A stretch of 64,000 nt of DNA from an uncultured bacterium (GTDB lineage Bacteria > Chloroflexota > Anaerolineae > B4-G1), in NCBI GenBank assembly GCA_965612745.1, contig CBFDTD010000005.1, positions 498 through 64,497 on the forward strand, written 5' to 3'. The notes under the pieces are model-generated. The model saw nothing but the letters and a program-made list of their open reading frames with translations, had not been told where the DNA came from and did no database searches. A program made the position numbers and the translations under genes. Within the stretch, counting starts at the first letter, position 1. Every line of letters starts with the position of its first letter. Below are positions 1 through 9,126 of this stretch, one piece after another.

Positions 1-74
1 GGGGCTGCGCCAGATCGCGCCGTTTCGGTATTTGTTGGAGTGATGCACTACACCGAATTGAGAAATCAACGAAT

Positions 75-869
75 ATGCCCACAATCATCCACAAAGAACT
101 CAGCTACATAGTCCGCGGCGTTCTGCTAGACGTTCACAACACCCTGGGTCCCAACCTGCCCGAGCGCTTTTATCGGGACGCAGTAGCGTTTGGCCTGGAG
201 AGACAAGGGATTCGCTGCGATACAGAAAAAGCCTTCGAGGTCTACTATCGCAGCGTGCGCGTTGGGCTCTACTTCGTGGACGTCTGGATTGAGGACGGCA
301 AGATGCTCCTGGAAATCAAAGTCGCACCGGAAATCTTGTCGCTTCACCGGGCGCAGGCCATCTCGTACCTCAAAGTAACCGACGCAGACCTGGCTATCGT
401 GGTCAGCTTTGGGGCCGGGTCGCTGCTGGACGAGCGACTGCCCAACTTCTTGCGCGACAAGGTCGTTAGTTTCGAGTGGGAGAGACCGTCTTTGGCCGAG
501 GGCTTGCTTTGTCCAGAGTTGACGAATCGCCTGTTCGAGATGCTGCACCGGGTGCATTTTGAGTTAGGGCCGGGGTTTCTGCCCCAGGTCTATCGGCGAG
601 CGACGATGGTCGAACTCCAGCACCAGGGGATGTCCTACAGGTACATCAAGCAAGTACCCATTTGCTACGAAGGCCACTATCTGGGACCACAGCCTGCCCG
701 CTTGATTTCTGTGGAGGATAAGGTATTGTTGGCAACCGTGGCCGTCAAGCAAGCAGATGAAGCGATGCAAGAACAACTGAAAGCCAGACTGAGGCATCTA
801 GACTTTCGGCTCGGCTTATTGGTGAACTTTCACGGTACAACGTTGCAGGTGATACCTGTGAGGGTGTAG
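75..869 (+). CDS. GxxExxY family protein with two tandem GxxExxY (PD-(D/E)xK-like) domains
   Basis: Motifs VHNTLGPNLPERFY...VDVWIEDGKMLLEIK and VHFELGPGFLPQVY...GLLVNF repeated in the two halves. Confidence 0.9.
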   Translation: MPTIIHKELSYIVRGVLLDVHNTLGPNLPERFYRDAVAFGLERQGIRCDTEKAFEVYYRSVRVGLYFVDVWIEDGKMLLEIKVAPEILSLHRAQAISYLKVTDADLAIVVSFGAGSLLDERLPNFLRDKVVSFEWERPSLAEGLLCPELTNRLFEMLHRVHFELGPGFLPQVYRRATMVELQHQGMSYRYIKQVPICYEGHYLGPQPARLISVEDKVLLATVAVKQADEAMQEQLKARLRHLDFRLGLLVNFHGTTLQVIPVRV

Positions 870-880
870 GGGGGACACTA

Positions 881-950
881 TTCGTTCCTTTCCTAATTCG
901 TTCCTTTCCTAATTCGTTCCTTTCCTAATTCGCTCCTTTCCTAATTCGTT
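881..950. repeat. Tandem repeat, 16-bp unit TTCGTTCCTTTCCTAA, 4 copies plus a partial copy
   Basis: Units at 881, 897, 913 and 929 (one T>C), partial at 945; no spacers. Confidence 0.95.
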
Positions 951-995
951 GTAGTGCCTCTGGGTAGTGCCTCTGGCGAGGAACCCTTGAGAGCA

Positions 996-3797
996 ATGAA
1001 CCCAGAATCCACAACCCAAGAGCTGAAAAACACCTACACCGATGCCCCTGCCCTACATCCCAACCTGATCCTGGGAGGGCTGCAACTGCTCTTCTGGTTC
1101 TTCTTCCACCCCTCCGCCTGGCGTAACTACGTGACCCGCATTGACCCCAGCCTGCGCCCCGACTTTTGCCTGGCCGAGTTGAGCCGGGCGCAGTGGCGCA
1201 ACCCGACCTTACGACGGCTGCTGGTAGCAGGATACATCCTCTACCCTCTCCTGGTTGGTCTACTGATCAGCCCGGTTCTATGGGTCTTCCGAGCAGATCG
1301 ATCGGTCGCAAGCCTTGCGTATAGCGTGGCACAAGGTGTAACGCGCGCCGTGGCGGGCGGACTGCTGGCCGGTGCGGCGCTCGGCATACCGTTCGGCATG
1401 GCGGCCAGCGTGACGTTTGGCCTGGCGTACCTCGGAGAGTACATAGCAGGCGGAGAGGTGAGTGGCATAGAGCACGGGGTGGCAGTAGGCTTGCTGCTCG
1501 GTGTGATGGTCAGCGTGGCAAGCCGGAGACCGGCCCACTCATTGGACAGGCAGATAGGCAGTATCTTTTCAGGCGTCTTGATCGTCGTCGCGGCCTTCTG
1601 CGCGGTGGCTCTCGTGGCGTATGTCGTGGCGGCCGGCATACCGCCTGGCGCGCGAGAGTTCTTTGAGGCCACCACGCCAGACCCCGTGGCGTACGATGTG
1701 GTGGGGGTGGCGATGGGCAGCGTGATGTTCGGCCTGGCGTTGGGGTGGCGTACGCACCGCTGGCGCCGTGGCATGGTTATTGGCGTGGTGGGCGGCGCGG
1801 TGTACGCTGGGGTGTATGGCGCGGCGCGCATCGCGATGAGCGGCTTGCCGCACGGCCTGGTGCACGAAGGGGCGTGGGGAGTGGCAGACGGCGTGTGGGG
1901 CGGCGCAATGCGCGCTGCCTATTCTACTCTACCTTACGCCCTGGTCGAGCCCATCGCAGGGCCCTGGGCCGGAGCCACGGCCAGTGCGCTGGTGTTTGGG
2001 GGATGGCTGGTCGCACAACAGGTCGTAGAGAAGACCATCCCTTTTGGGCCGGCTGTGTTCTCTTGTCTGATCAGTATTCTATCGGCATTGACCCTGAACT
2101 GGTGGCGGCCTGTGGTGCTCTACCCCCTTACGGCGGCGTGGAACCTCCTGCTCCATCGCGCCGACGAACGGCGCACCGGCCGAGGGCCCACCATGCTGCG
2201 CTACCATTCCGCCTTCTGGGACGAACATCAACCTTTGCCCCTGCTCGGCCTGGAGGAGCACCTCGTCCTGGTGATGGAGCGAGACCCGGTTGAGGGAGAG
2301 GCCGCCATCGAGTACCTGGCTACCGGCCGTCAGCGCTGGGCCGCCCGGGCCGCACAGATCGAACTGGATGCGCGGGGGCTGGAAAGATGCGAAGATGTAG
2401 AGTGCATACGTCGTGCCCATCGCAGCCTGGCCGCGGGCGAGTTGGAAGGCCCTGCCAGCGCGCTACTGCGCAGCCTCAGCCGCATCAGCCAGGACGTGGA
2501 CGCTGCCCTGCGCCAGGAAAGCACCTACAACCGGCGGCTGGCCCTCAGCACAGTCGAAGATCGCCTGGACGGCCTGTTGCGCGAGTTGACCCGCAGCAGC
2601 GAGCGCTATGCCGTCCGTTTCCGCCCCATCGCCACCCGTTGGCGCCGGATAATCGGCGCGCACGTGCGCAAACTGGCCGAAGAAGCCGAAGCCCGTCAGG
2701 AGATCGTCAATCCCTACGTTATCGGCGTGCCGCTCACCGAGCAGCAGGAGATCTTCGTCGGGCGAACCGACATCGGCGCCCGCATCGAGGGACTGCTGCT
2801 GGATCGGAGAGGCCCTCCCCTGCTGCTCTACGGCCAACGGCGCACGGGCAAGACTTCGCTGCTCAACAACCTGGGACGGCTTCTCCCTAGCACCATCGTC
2901 CCCCTCTTCGTGGACCTGCAAGGGCCGGCCACGCAGGCCAGCGACCACGCCGGTTTTCTCTACAACGTCGCCCGGTTCATCGCGGACTCAGCCCGCCGGC
3001 AGCGGGGCCTGGCCCTGCCCAGGTTGCCCCGCGAAGCGCTGGCGAGCGACCCCTTCACCCGCTTCGACGAGTGGCTGGACGAAGTCGAAAAGGGTTTGGG
3101 TCAAAGCACGGCGCTGCTCGCCCTCGATGAGTTCGAGACGCTGGACAGCGCCATCACCAGGGGGCGCTTCGACGAAGAGGCCATCTTAGGCACCCTCCGC
3201 CATTTGATCCAGCACCGCCCGCGCTTCAAAGTGCTGCTATCTGGCTCCCACACCCTGGACGAGTTGCAGCGCTGGGCATCCTACCTGATCAACGCCCAGG
3301 TGGTGCACATCGGTTACTTGAAGGAGCACGAGGCACGCCGCCTCATTGAGCGGCCGGTCAGGGACTTCGCGCTGCGCTACGAGCCCCGTGCCAGCCAACG
3401 GGTGCTGGACCTGACGCGGGGGCATCCCTTCCTGGTGCAACTGCTCTGCGCCGAGATCGTGGCGCTCAAGAACGAGCAACCACCGGCCGTCCGCCGGCTG
3501 GCCCGCCTGAGCGACGTAGAAGCAGCGGTGCCGGAGGCCCTGAGCCGTGGTAGCCTTTTCTTCGCCGACATCGAGCGCAATCAGGTAGACACTGCCGGCC
3601 TGGCCCTGCTGCGCTTCATCGCGGCGCGGGGAGAAGGAGCAGTGGTCGGCCAGGAAGCCCTGGCCCGGCAGTTCCCCGATGAACTGGAGCGGGCACTGGC
3701 CCTGCTTCGCCGGCGTGAGTTGATCGAACCGGTAGACGGAGGCTATCGCTTCCAGGTAGAGTTGATCCGGCGCTGGTTTGGTAGGGGGATCTCGTAG
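996..3797 (+). CDS. Multi-pass membrane protein with C-terminal AAA/STAND-type ATPase and winged helix
   Basis: Gly/Ala/Val-rich TM region; NPYVIG..FVGR; Walker A YGQRRTGKTS; Walker B LALDEFE; LTRGHPFL. ATG at 996 preferred over GTG 954, which lies in the repeat. Confidence 0.85.
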   Translation: MNPESTTQELKNTYTDAPALHPNLILGGLQLLFWFFFHPSAWRNYVTRIDPSLRPDFCLAELSRAQWRNPTLRRLLVAGYILYPLLVGLLISPVLWVFRADRSVASLAYSVAQGVTRAVAGGLLAGAALGIPFGMAASVTFGLAYLGEYIAGGEVSGIEHGVAVGLLLGVMVSVASRRPAHSLDRQIGSIFSGVLIVVAAFCAVALVAYVVAAGIPPGAREFFEATTPDPVAYDVVGVAMGSVMFGLALGWRTHRWRRGMVIGVVGGAVYAGVYGAARIAMSGLPHGLVHEGAWGVADGVWGGAMRAAYSTLPYALVEPIAGPWAGATASALVFGGWLVAQQVVEKTIPFGPAVFSCLISILSALTLNWWRPVVLYPLTAAWNLLLHRADERRTGRGPTMLRYHSAFWDEHQPLPLLGLEEHLVLVMERDPVEGEAAIEYLATGRQRWAARAAQIELDARGLERCEDVECIRRAHRSLAAGELEGPASALLRSLSRISQDVDAALRQESTYNRRLALSTVEDRLDGLLRELTRSSERYAVRFRPIATRWRRIIGAHVRKLAEEAEARQEIVNPYVIGVPLTEQQEIFVGRTDIGARIEGLLLDRRGPPLLLYGQRRTGKTSLLNNLGRLLPSTIVPLFVDLQGPATQASDHAGFLYNVARFIADSARRQRGLALPRLPREALASDPFTRFDEWLDEVEKGLGQSTALLALDEFETLDSAITRGRFDEEAILGTLRHLIQHRPRFKVLLSGSHTLDELQRWASYLINAQVVHIGYLKEHEARRLIERPVRDFALRYEPRASQRVLDLTRGHPFLVQLLCAEIVALKNEQPPAVRRLARLSDVEAAVPEALSRGSLFFADIERNQVDTAGLALLRFIAARGEGAVVGQEALARQFPDELERALALLRRRELIEPVDGGYRFQVELIRRWFGRGIS

Positions 3798-3846
3798 TTG
3801 TATCAATAGTTTAACCCCAAACCCTTTGGCAACTGGAGAGGGAGAA

Positions 3847-6800
3847 ATGAGGGGTGTCGTATCTCAAACCCCAAATCCCAGGTGGCTGATTACGGTCATC
3901 TGTTCATTGTTCATTGTCCATTGCTCATTGGTCATTGCCAGTGCCCAATCCGTCCCCTCCATCGTCATCAACGAATTGCAATACCACCCCCTCTCCAACG
4001 ATCACAGCGAGGAGTACATTGAACTCTACAACGCCGGCATCACCACTGTGGACCTCTCCGGCTGGAAGTTCAGCGACGGTATCCACTACACCTTCCCGGA
4101 CGGCGTCTCCATCCCCCCGGGCGGCTACGTCGTCATCGGTCACGACCCCGCCACGGTAGAGGCCGTCTACGGCATCACTGGCGTCCTCGGCCCCTTCGAG
4201 AGCGGTCGCCTCTCCAACAGCGGCGAGCGAGTGGCGATTGAGGATGCCGAGGGAAACCTGGTGGACGAGGTCACCTACGACGACCACCACCCCTGGCCCG
4301 AGGCGCCCGACGGCGATGGCCCCTCGCTGGAACTGATCAACCCGGCCTTCGATAACGATCGGGCCTGCTCCTGGGGAGCCAGCACCGGTTTGGGCACCCC
4401 CGGCGCGCGGAACAGCGTCTATTCAGCCGACAACATCCCCCCCTGCATCACCGACGTAGCCCACACCCCCGTCTTCCCCACCTCCAGCCAGCCGGTGACC
4501 GTCACGGCGCTGGTGGACGACAACAGCGCCGTTATGACGGTGACACTCCACTACCGCCCCGAACTGACGTCCGACTACGTGACACTGCCGATGACCGCCA
4601 CCGGCGACAGTCTCTACGTCGCCGCCATCCCCGCCCTGGCCGATGGACTGTACGTCGAATTCTACATCACCGCCACCGACGACCAGGGGGCCGAGCGGCT
4701 CGTGCCGGAGGGCGCACCGGGGGGCATCTCCGAGGAGACCGGCAACCCCATCACCGTCAGTTACATCTACCAGGTGGAGGACACTCACCCCACCAGCGAC
4801 CTTCCCATCTACCGGCTGATTATGACGCGGGAGAACTGGGCCGAACTGACCGAGCGGGACCTTTTCTCCAATGTCCTGCTGGACGCGACCTTCGTCTATT
4901 CGGGGGAAGTGTTCTACAACGTCGGCGTGCGCTACCGGGGCGAGAGTTCCCGCGACACCTGGCCCCGCCCCTACCGCATCAAGTTCCGCGACGAGCACGA
5001 GTTCGAGGACCGGGAGCGGATCAACCTGGTGAGCGACGAACTGGGACGGGAGGCATTATCCCACGACCTCTTTCAGCGTGTTGGGCTGCCGGCCCCAAAC
5101 ACTCGCTTCGTGACGCTCTACATCAACGAGAACCGGCAGGACCGTGACTATCTGGACGTCGAGCAAGTGGACAACGATTTCCTGGAGGCTCACTTCCCCG
5201 GCGACGAGGACGGCAACCTCTACCGCGCCTACGACGGGGCCGACTTGAGTTATCGCGGCCCCGACCCTGACGCTTACCGGCCCTACTACGTCAAGAAGAA
5301 CAACGAGGACGCCGACGACTACTCCGACATCATCACCCTCACCGACGCGCTCACCAACAGCCCCGATGAGACCTTCCGCGCCCAGGCGGAGGCGGTGGCC
5401 GACATGCGCCAATGGCTGCGTTGGTTCGCAGTCCAGGCAGTGCTCGATAATCACGAGGGGGCGCTGTGGATCGGGCAGGGCGATGACTACTTCCTGTACC
5501 ATCGCCCCTCCGACGGTCGCTTCGTCCTCATCTCCTGGGATCACGACGGCACTTTCACCGACCCCGATCACTCTATCTGGGAGCCCAACTGGCTAGGCCC
5601 GGAGATCGTGCGGCGCATCCTGAACTACCCCGACTTCACGCGCTGGTACTACCAGGACATCGCCAGCATCGCAGCGAACGAGTTCTCAGTGGAGGAGATG
5701 TACCCGCGCATTGACGCACTGCCCGCTGTGGTGAGCGACGGGGATCGGGACGAACTCAAGCAATACGTCGCCGACCGCATCCCGGCGCTCCTGGCCCAGA
5801 TACCGGATACGACGCTCTCCATCAGCACCAATGGCGGAGCGGACTTCGCCACAACGCAGACGGAGGTGACATTGGAGGGGGAATGCTCCCCCCTGCGCGA
5901 CGTTTACGTCAACGGGAGCGCCGATGGCGTGGAGTATCCGACAGCGACGACCTGGCGCTACACGAGTGCACTTTCAGCGCGGGACAACGTCTTCGTCGTC
6001 AGCGATGGGCTGGACAGTTACACGATCACAGTCTACCTCGACTTCTTCCACGGCGGCACATTGATGGAGGACACCACGCTCCCCACCAGCGGCTATCCGT
6101 ATGCCATCACCGAAGACATCATCGTGCCGGCAGGCGTCACGCTGACCATCGAGCCCGGCGTGACGCTGCAGTTCCAGTCAGATCGCTACCTGCGTGTGAA
6201 TGAGGGAGGGCGGTTGCTGGCGGAAGGCACCGCTGCGCAGCCCATCGTCTTCACGGGGCAGGGAGGCGCTTACTGGGGCGGCATCCTCCTCGACCGCACG
6301 CAGGAGGACAACCGCATCGTCCACGCGGTGATCGAGTACACCCGTGAGGTGATCACCAACCCGCGCACCCATGGTGTCTCGGCCTACGGTGCGCGGGTGA
6401 CCATCGCCGACAGCGTGATCCGGCACACCGACTTCAGCGACGCCGTCCAGACCTATCCCTGGTTCGGTCACGACCCGACGATCTACCTGCTGCGCAACGA
6501 GATCTACGACGTCCAAAGAGATGCCGTGCACGTAACCGGCGGCTACGCCTTCATCCAGGGCAACCATATCCATGACGCCCGGCTTGGTGATTACCAATTT
6601 GAGGGCATCGAGGTCAGCCATATGATCACGCCGGCGGTGCTGCTGGACAATCACATCCACGACGTCTCCGACGACTGCATAGACCTGAACGATTCATCGG
6701 CCATCATCGAGCGCAACGAGTTACACCACTGCGGTGACAAGGGCATCTCCATCGGCGAACCCTCCTCCACGACGCTGGTGAACAACCTGATCTACACCTG

Positions 6801-7344
6801 CCTGGGCAAGGAGGAGGACCCGTACAGTGGCACCGGCATCGCGGTCAAGGATGGAGCGGTCTCGTACATCGTGAACAACACGGTGTCCGATTGCAGGCAC
6901 GGTATCTACCTCTACCACGGGCAGGGAGGCATCGCCACAGTAGTCAACTCCATCCTGTGGGGCAACGGGACGAACCTGGAACTGCGCGACGGGTCTGTCA
7001 TCACCGTTACCTACTCTGACATTGAGGGCGGCTGGCCCGGCGAGGGGAACATCAACGCCGACCCCCTCTTTCGCGCCCCGCAGGACGGCGACTACCGGCT
7101 GCGGGAGGATTCGCCCTGCGTGGACACGGGCACGGCGGATGGCGCGCCGGACGAGGACATCCGGGGGGTTCCTCGGCCCGAGGGGGAAGGATATGACCGA
7201 GGGGCGCACGAGTTCTTCGAGTTCTTCGCCTGCTACCTGCCGTTGATCTTGCGGGAGCAGACCTCGTTGCGTTTAATTCCGGAGAGCCCCGCCAAACTAG
7301 CGGGGCTTTTCACTTGCGGGAATAGGGATTTGATGATAAAATAA
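3847..7344 (+). CDS. Secreted lamin-tail-domain / CotH kinase / right-handed beta-helix protein
   Basis: Signal peptide; IVINELQY..EYIELYN (LTD); GVRYRGESS, YRIKF, ISWDHD (CotH); parallel beta-helix repeats; DRGAHE..YLPLILR tail; RBS GGAGAA before ATG 3847. Confidence 0.88.
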   Translation: MRGVVSQTPNPRWLITVICSLFIVHCSLVIASAQSVPSIVINELQYHPLSNDHSEEYIELYNAGITTVDLSGWKFSDGIHYTFPDGVSIPPGGYVVIGHDPATVEAVYGITGVLGPFESGRLSNSGERVAIEDAEGNLVDEVTYDDHHPWPEAPDGDGPSLELINPAFDNDRACSWGASTGLGTPGARNSVYSADNIPPCITDVAHTPVFPTSSQPVTVTALVDDNSAVMTVTLHYRPELTSDYVTLPMTATGDSLYVAAIPALADGLYVEFYITATDDQGAERLVPEGAPGGISEETGNPITVSYIYQVEDTHPTSDLPIYRLIMTRENWAELTERDLFSNVLLDATFVYSGEVFYNVGVRYRGESSRDTWPRPYRIKFRDEHEFEDRERINLVSDELGREALSHDLFQRVGLPAPNTRFVTLYINENRQDRDYLDVEQVDNDFLEAHFPGDEDGNLYRAYDGADLSYRGPDPDAYRPYYVKKNNEDADDYSDIITLTDALTNSPDETFRAQAEAVADMRQWLRWFAVQAVLDNHEGALWIGQGDDYFLYHRPSDGRFVLISWDHDGTFTDPDHSIWEPNWLGPEIVRRILNYPDFTRWYYQDIASIAANEFSVEEMYPRIDALPAVVSDGDRDELKQYVADRIPALLAQIPDTTLSISTNGGADFATTQTEVTLEGECSPLRDVYVNGSADGVEYPTATTWRYTSALSARDNVFVVSDGLDSYTITVYLDFFHGGTLMEDTTLPTSGYPYAITEDIIVPAGVTLTIEPGVTLQFQSDRYLRVNEGGRLLAEGTAAQPIVFTGQGGAYWGGILLDRTQEDNRIVHAVIEYTREVITNPRTHGVSAYGARVTIADSVIRHTDFSDAVQTYPWFGHDPTIYLLRNEIYDVQRDAVHVTGGYAFIQGNHIHDARLGDYQFEGIEVSHMITPAVLLDNHIHDVSDDCIDLNDSSAIIERNELHHCGDKGISIGEPSSTTLVNNLIYTCLGKEEDPYSGTGIAVKDGAVSYIVNNTVSDCRHGIYLYHGQGGIATVVNSILWGNGTNLELRDGSVITVTYSDIEGGWPGEGNINADPLFRAPQDGDYRLREDSPCVDTGTADGAPDEDIRGVPRPEGEGYDRGAHEFFEFFACYLPLILREQTSLRLIPESPAKLAGLFTCGNRDLMIK
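3901..3937. repeat. Heptamer repeat (TGTTCAT-like x5) inside the signal-peptide coding region
   Basis: tgttcat tgttcat tgtccat tgctcat tggtcat. Confidence 0.8.
7285..7310 (+). terminator. Rho-independent terminator-like hairpin
   Basis: AGCCCCGC-caaacta-GCGGGGCT followed by TTT. Confidence 0.7.
7314..7342 (+). promoter_or_regulatory. Sigma70-type promoter for tRNA-Phe
   Basis: TTGCGG-17 bp-TAAAAT with extended -10 TG, about 27 bp upstream of the tRNA. Confidence 0.65.
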
Positions 7345-7369
7345 TGCCACAATTAAAGTCTTGCTTCGG

Positions 7370-7446
7370 GCCGAGGTAGCTCAGCCTGGTAGAGCACCTG
7401 ACTGAAAATCAGGGAGTCGCCAGTTCAAATCTGGCCCTCGGCACCA
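7370..7446 (+). tRNA. tRNA-Phe (GAA)
   Basis: Acceptor GCCGAGG/CCTCGGC-A-CCA; D arm GCTCAGCCTGGTAGAGC; anticodon arm CCTGA-CTGAAAA-TCAGG; T loop GTTCAAAT. Confidence 0.97.
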
Positions 7447-7976
7447 TAGGGGCTGACCCGCCTGAAAAGGCGGGTCTTTTGTGTGTTCTCGGTTAATGAA
7501 AGTGTCCAAACAATGAGGGAACGGCCATTCCCTGGTTCCTCCCCAAGCACCTCGAAGCCCAAGCAGGCGTAGAAGCCACGTGCCGACAGATCGGCAGGGC
7601 ACTTGAGGAACACCGTCAGTTTTCCCAGCGCCGACGCCTCGGCACACAGCGCGTTGACCAGCGCACGTCCTACCCCCTGCTGGCGGCACTGGGGAATCAC
7701 GGCAATGTGATAGAGTGTGGTCTGCGCGTCGCGGCGGTGGTGATACTCGGCGAAACCGATAAGTCCCTGGTGATTCTCTGCAACCAGCACTTCCCCGCGC
7801 CCGATCGACTCTGCCAGTGCCGGGCGCAAGACAAAGCCCAACTCATGCCGGTGTGCATCGGCAATGGCCTTGATGGCATCCAGGTCGGCAGGGGTGGCTT
7901 TGCGGATGACCAGGGTCTCAGTCGCTCCAAAGGTCAAGACGTTCCTCCTCGACTGGGGCGACGCTGCTGCCACCAT
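7425..7976 (-). CDS. GNAT family N-acetyltransferase (start uncertain, probably near 7915)
   Basis: IRKATPAD start of fold; LYHIAV..CRQQGVGRAL acetyl-CoA motif A; ARGFY..LGF. Confidence 0.85.
   Translation of the reverse strand: MVAAASPQSRRNVLTFGATETLVIRKATPADLDAIKAIADAHRHELGFVLRPALAESIGRGEVLVAENHQGLIGFAEYHHRRDAQTTLYHIAVIPQCRQQGVGRALVNALCAEASALGKLTVFLKCPADLSARGFYACLGFEVLGEEPGNGRSLIVWTLSLTENTQKTRLFRRVSPYGAEGQI
7455..7480 (+). terminator. Rho-independent terminator after tRNA-Phe
   Basis: GACCCGCCT-GAAA-AGGCGGGTC-TTTT. Confidence 0.85.
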
Positions 7977-9126
7977 GACGGCTTCGACGCGGGCGGATGC
8001 TCAGGTGGTGCACTGTCTCGCGCTCGTCGTCCACCAGAATGGCCTCTCCCACTCGCTTCAGCCTCTTTATGAGCGCCTGAAGTTCGCTGCCCATATAATC
8101 CTGGCTGAGCCGGTTGAGGGCGCTGACGTCGTCGCGGGTAGTGAGTTTATGGCTCAGGACCACGTCACATTGAGACAGCACCTCACGGTCAATGGCCGAC
8201 GGCCGCTGGCTGGCAACGATGAGCGAAAGACCAGGTTGGCGTCCCTCTTTGGCCCAGCGCACCAGTTGCTCTTTCGCCAGTGTCGTGCCACCGGCAGGCA
8301 CGAACTGATGGGCCTCGTCAATCGCCAGCCAGATACGCGGCAGCGGCGACGCCAGCCCAAACTCCTCCCGCAACCGGGCATCGGCGCGGGCACGGAAAAG
8401 ATTGCGTGCGATGACAGAGACAGTCAGATTGCGCCGGCCACGCGGCCCGCTCTCCAACCGGCTCAGGTCTACGATGTTGACGACCCCTGGCCGGAAGATG
8501 GCATCCATCGGCATATAACCATTTTCGGCAAAGATACGCCAGGTGCGGGCGGCTTCCAGGCGATTAAGCAGCGCCTCTTGTGTAGTCTCGTTGGCCCGTT
8601 CGTCTGTCCCAACAGCCCGAGCAATGTCGCGCACGGTGAAGTCACGACCCCGTTCAATCAGGGACTGGACAGCACGGAAGAGAACGATCCCCAGCGGCTG
8701 GTTAATATTGGCGCCGAAGAGTTCGCACCAGCCATCAGGAGACAGATCGGCCGCGTTTAACTGCAAGGGGACGACCTCGACCTGACGTTCTCGCAGTGCA
8801 CGCAACACATCGGGATCGTAGAGTGCTTCAGGGTCACCTGGGACCAGCATCCGCACGGGATAGCCGCGTGGGTTCAAAGCCCAGCGGAAAAGGTCGTCGC
8901 GTTGCAGTTCGTTGGGCAGGCTCATCGTGTGGTAGACGCCGATGGGGTCTACAATGATGGGGATGATAGCATCGGCAGCCGCCGTCAGCAATTCTTCGAC
9001 AAAGACCCCTAGGGTGTAAGATTTGCCGCTGCCCCGCTTGCCGCAGATGAGCACAGCGCGCGCACCGCCGGCCTCCAGATAGACCGGCCCGTTGTGAACT
9101 GCGTCCCGACCCAGTAACAACTTCAT
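7918..9126 (-). CDS. HerA-like (DUF87) ATPase/translocase
   Basis: ICGKRGSGKSYTL Walker A; IIVDPIG; LAIDEAHQF Walker B; EGRQPG; SQRP; ATG 9126 overlaps the pglZ-like stop (ATGA). Confidence 0.88.
   Translation of the reverse strand: MKLLLGRDAVHNGPVYLEAGGARAVLICGKRGSGKSYTLGVFVEELLTAAADAIIPIIVDPIGVYHTMSLPNELQRDDLFRWALNPRGYPVRMLVPGDPEALYDPDVLRALRERQVEVVPLQLNAADLSPDGWCELFGANINQPLGIVLFRAVQSLIERGRDFTVRDIARAVGTDERANETTQEALLNRLEAARTWRIFAENGYMPMDAIFRPGVVNIVDLSRLESGPRGRRNLTVSVIARNLFRARADARLREEFGLASPLPRIWLAIDEAHQFVPAGGTTLAKEQLVRWAKEGRQPGLSLIVASQRPSAIDREVLSQCDVVLSHKLTTRDDVSALNRLSQDYMGSELQALIKRLKRVGEAILVDDERETVHHLSIRPRRSRHGGSSVAPVEEERLDLWSD

Larger units (their letters stand above)
45..957. repeat. 15-bp inverted repeat pair flanking the GxxExxY gene
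   Basis: GCACTACACCGAATT (45-59) versus AATTCGTTGTAGTGC (943-957), 14/15 complementary; GTAGTGCCTCTGG is also repeated at 951 and 964. Confidence 0.7.

Noticed and set aside
881-950. Possible CRISPR array
   Set aside because: The 16-bp units are directly adjacent with no spacers, and no cas genes are visible
7381-7689. 102-aa minus-strand ORF
   Set aside because: Overlaps the tRNA antisense and the GNAT gene out of frame
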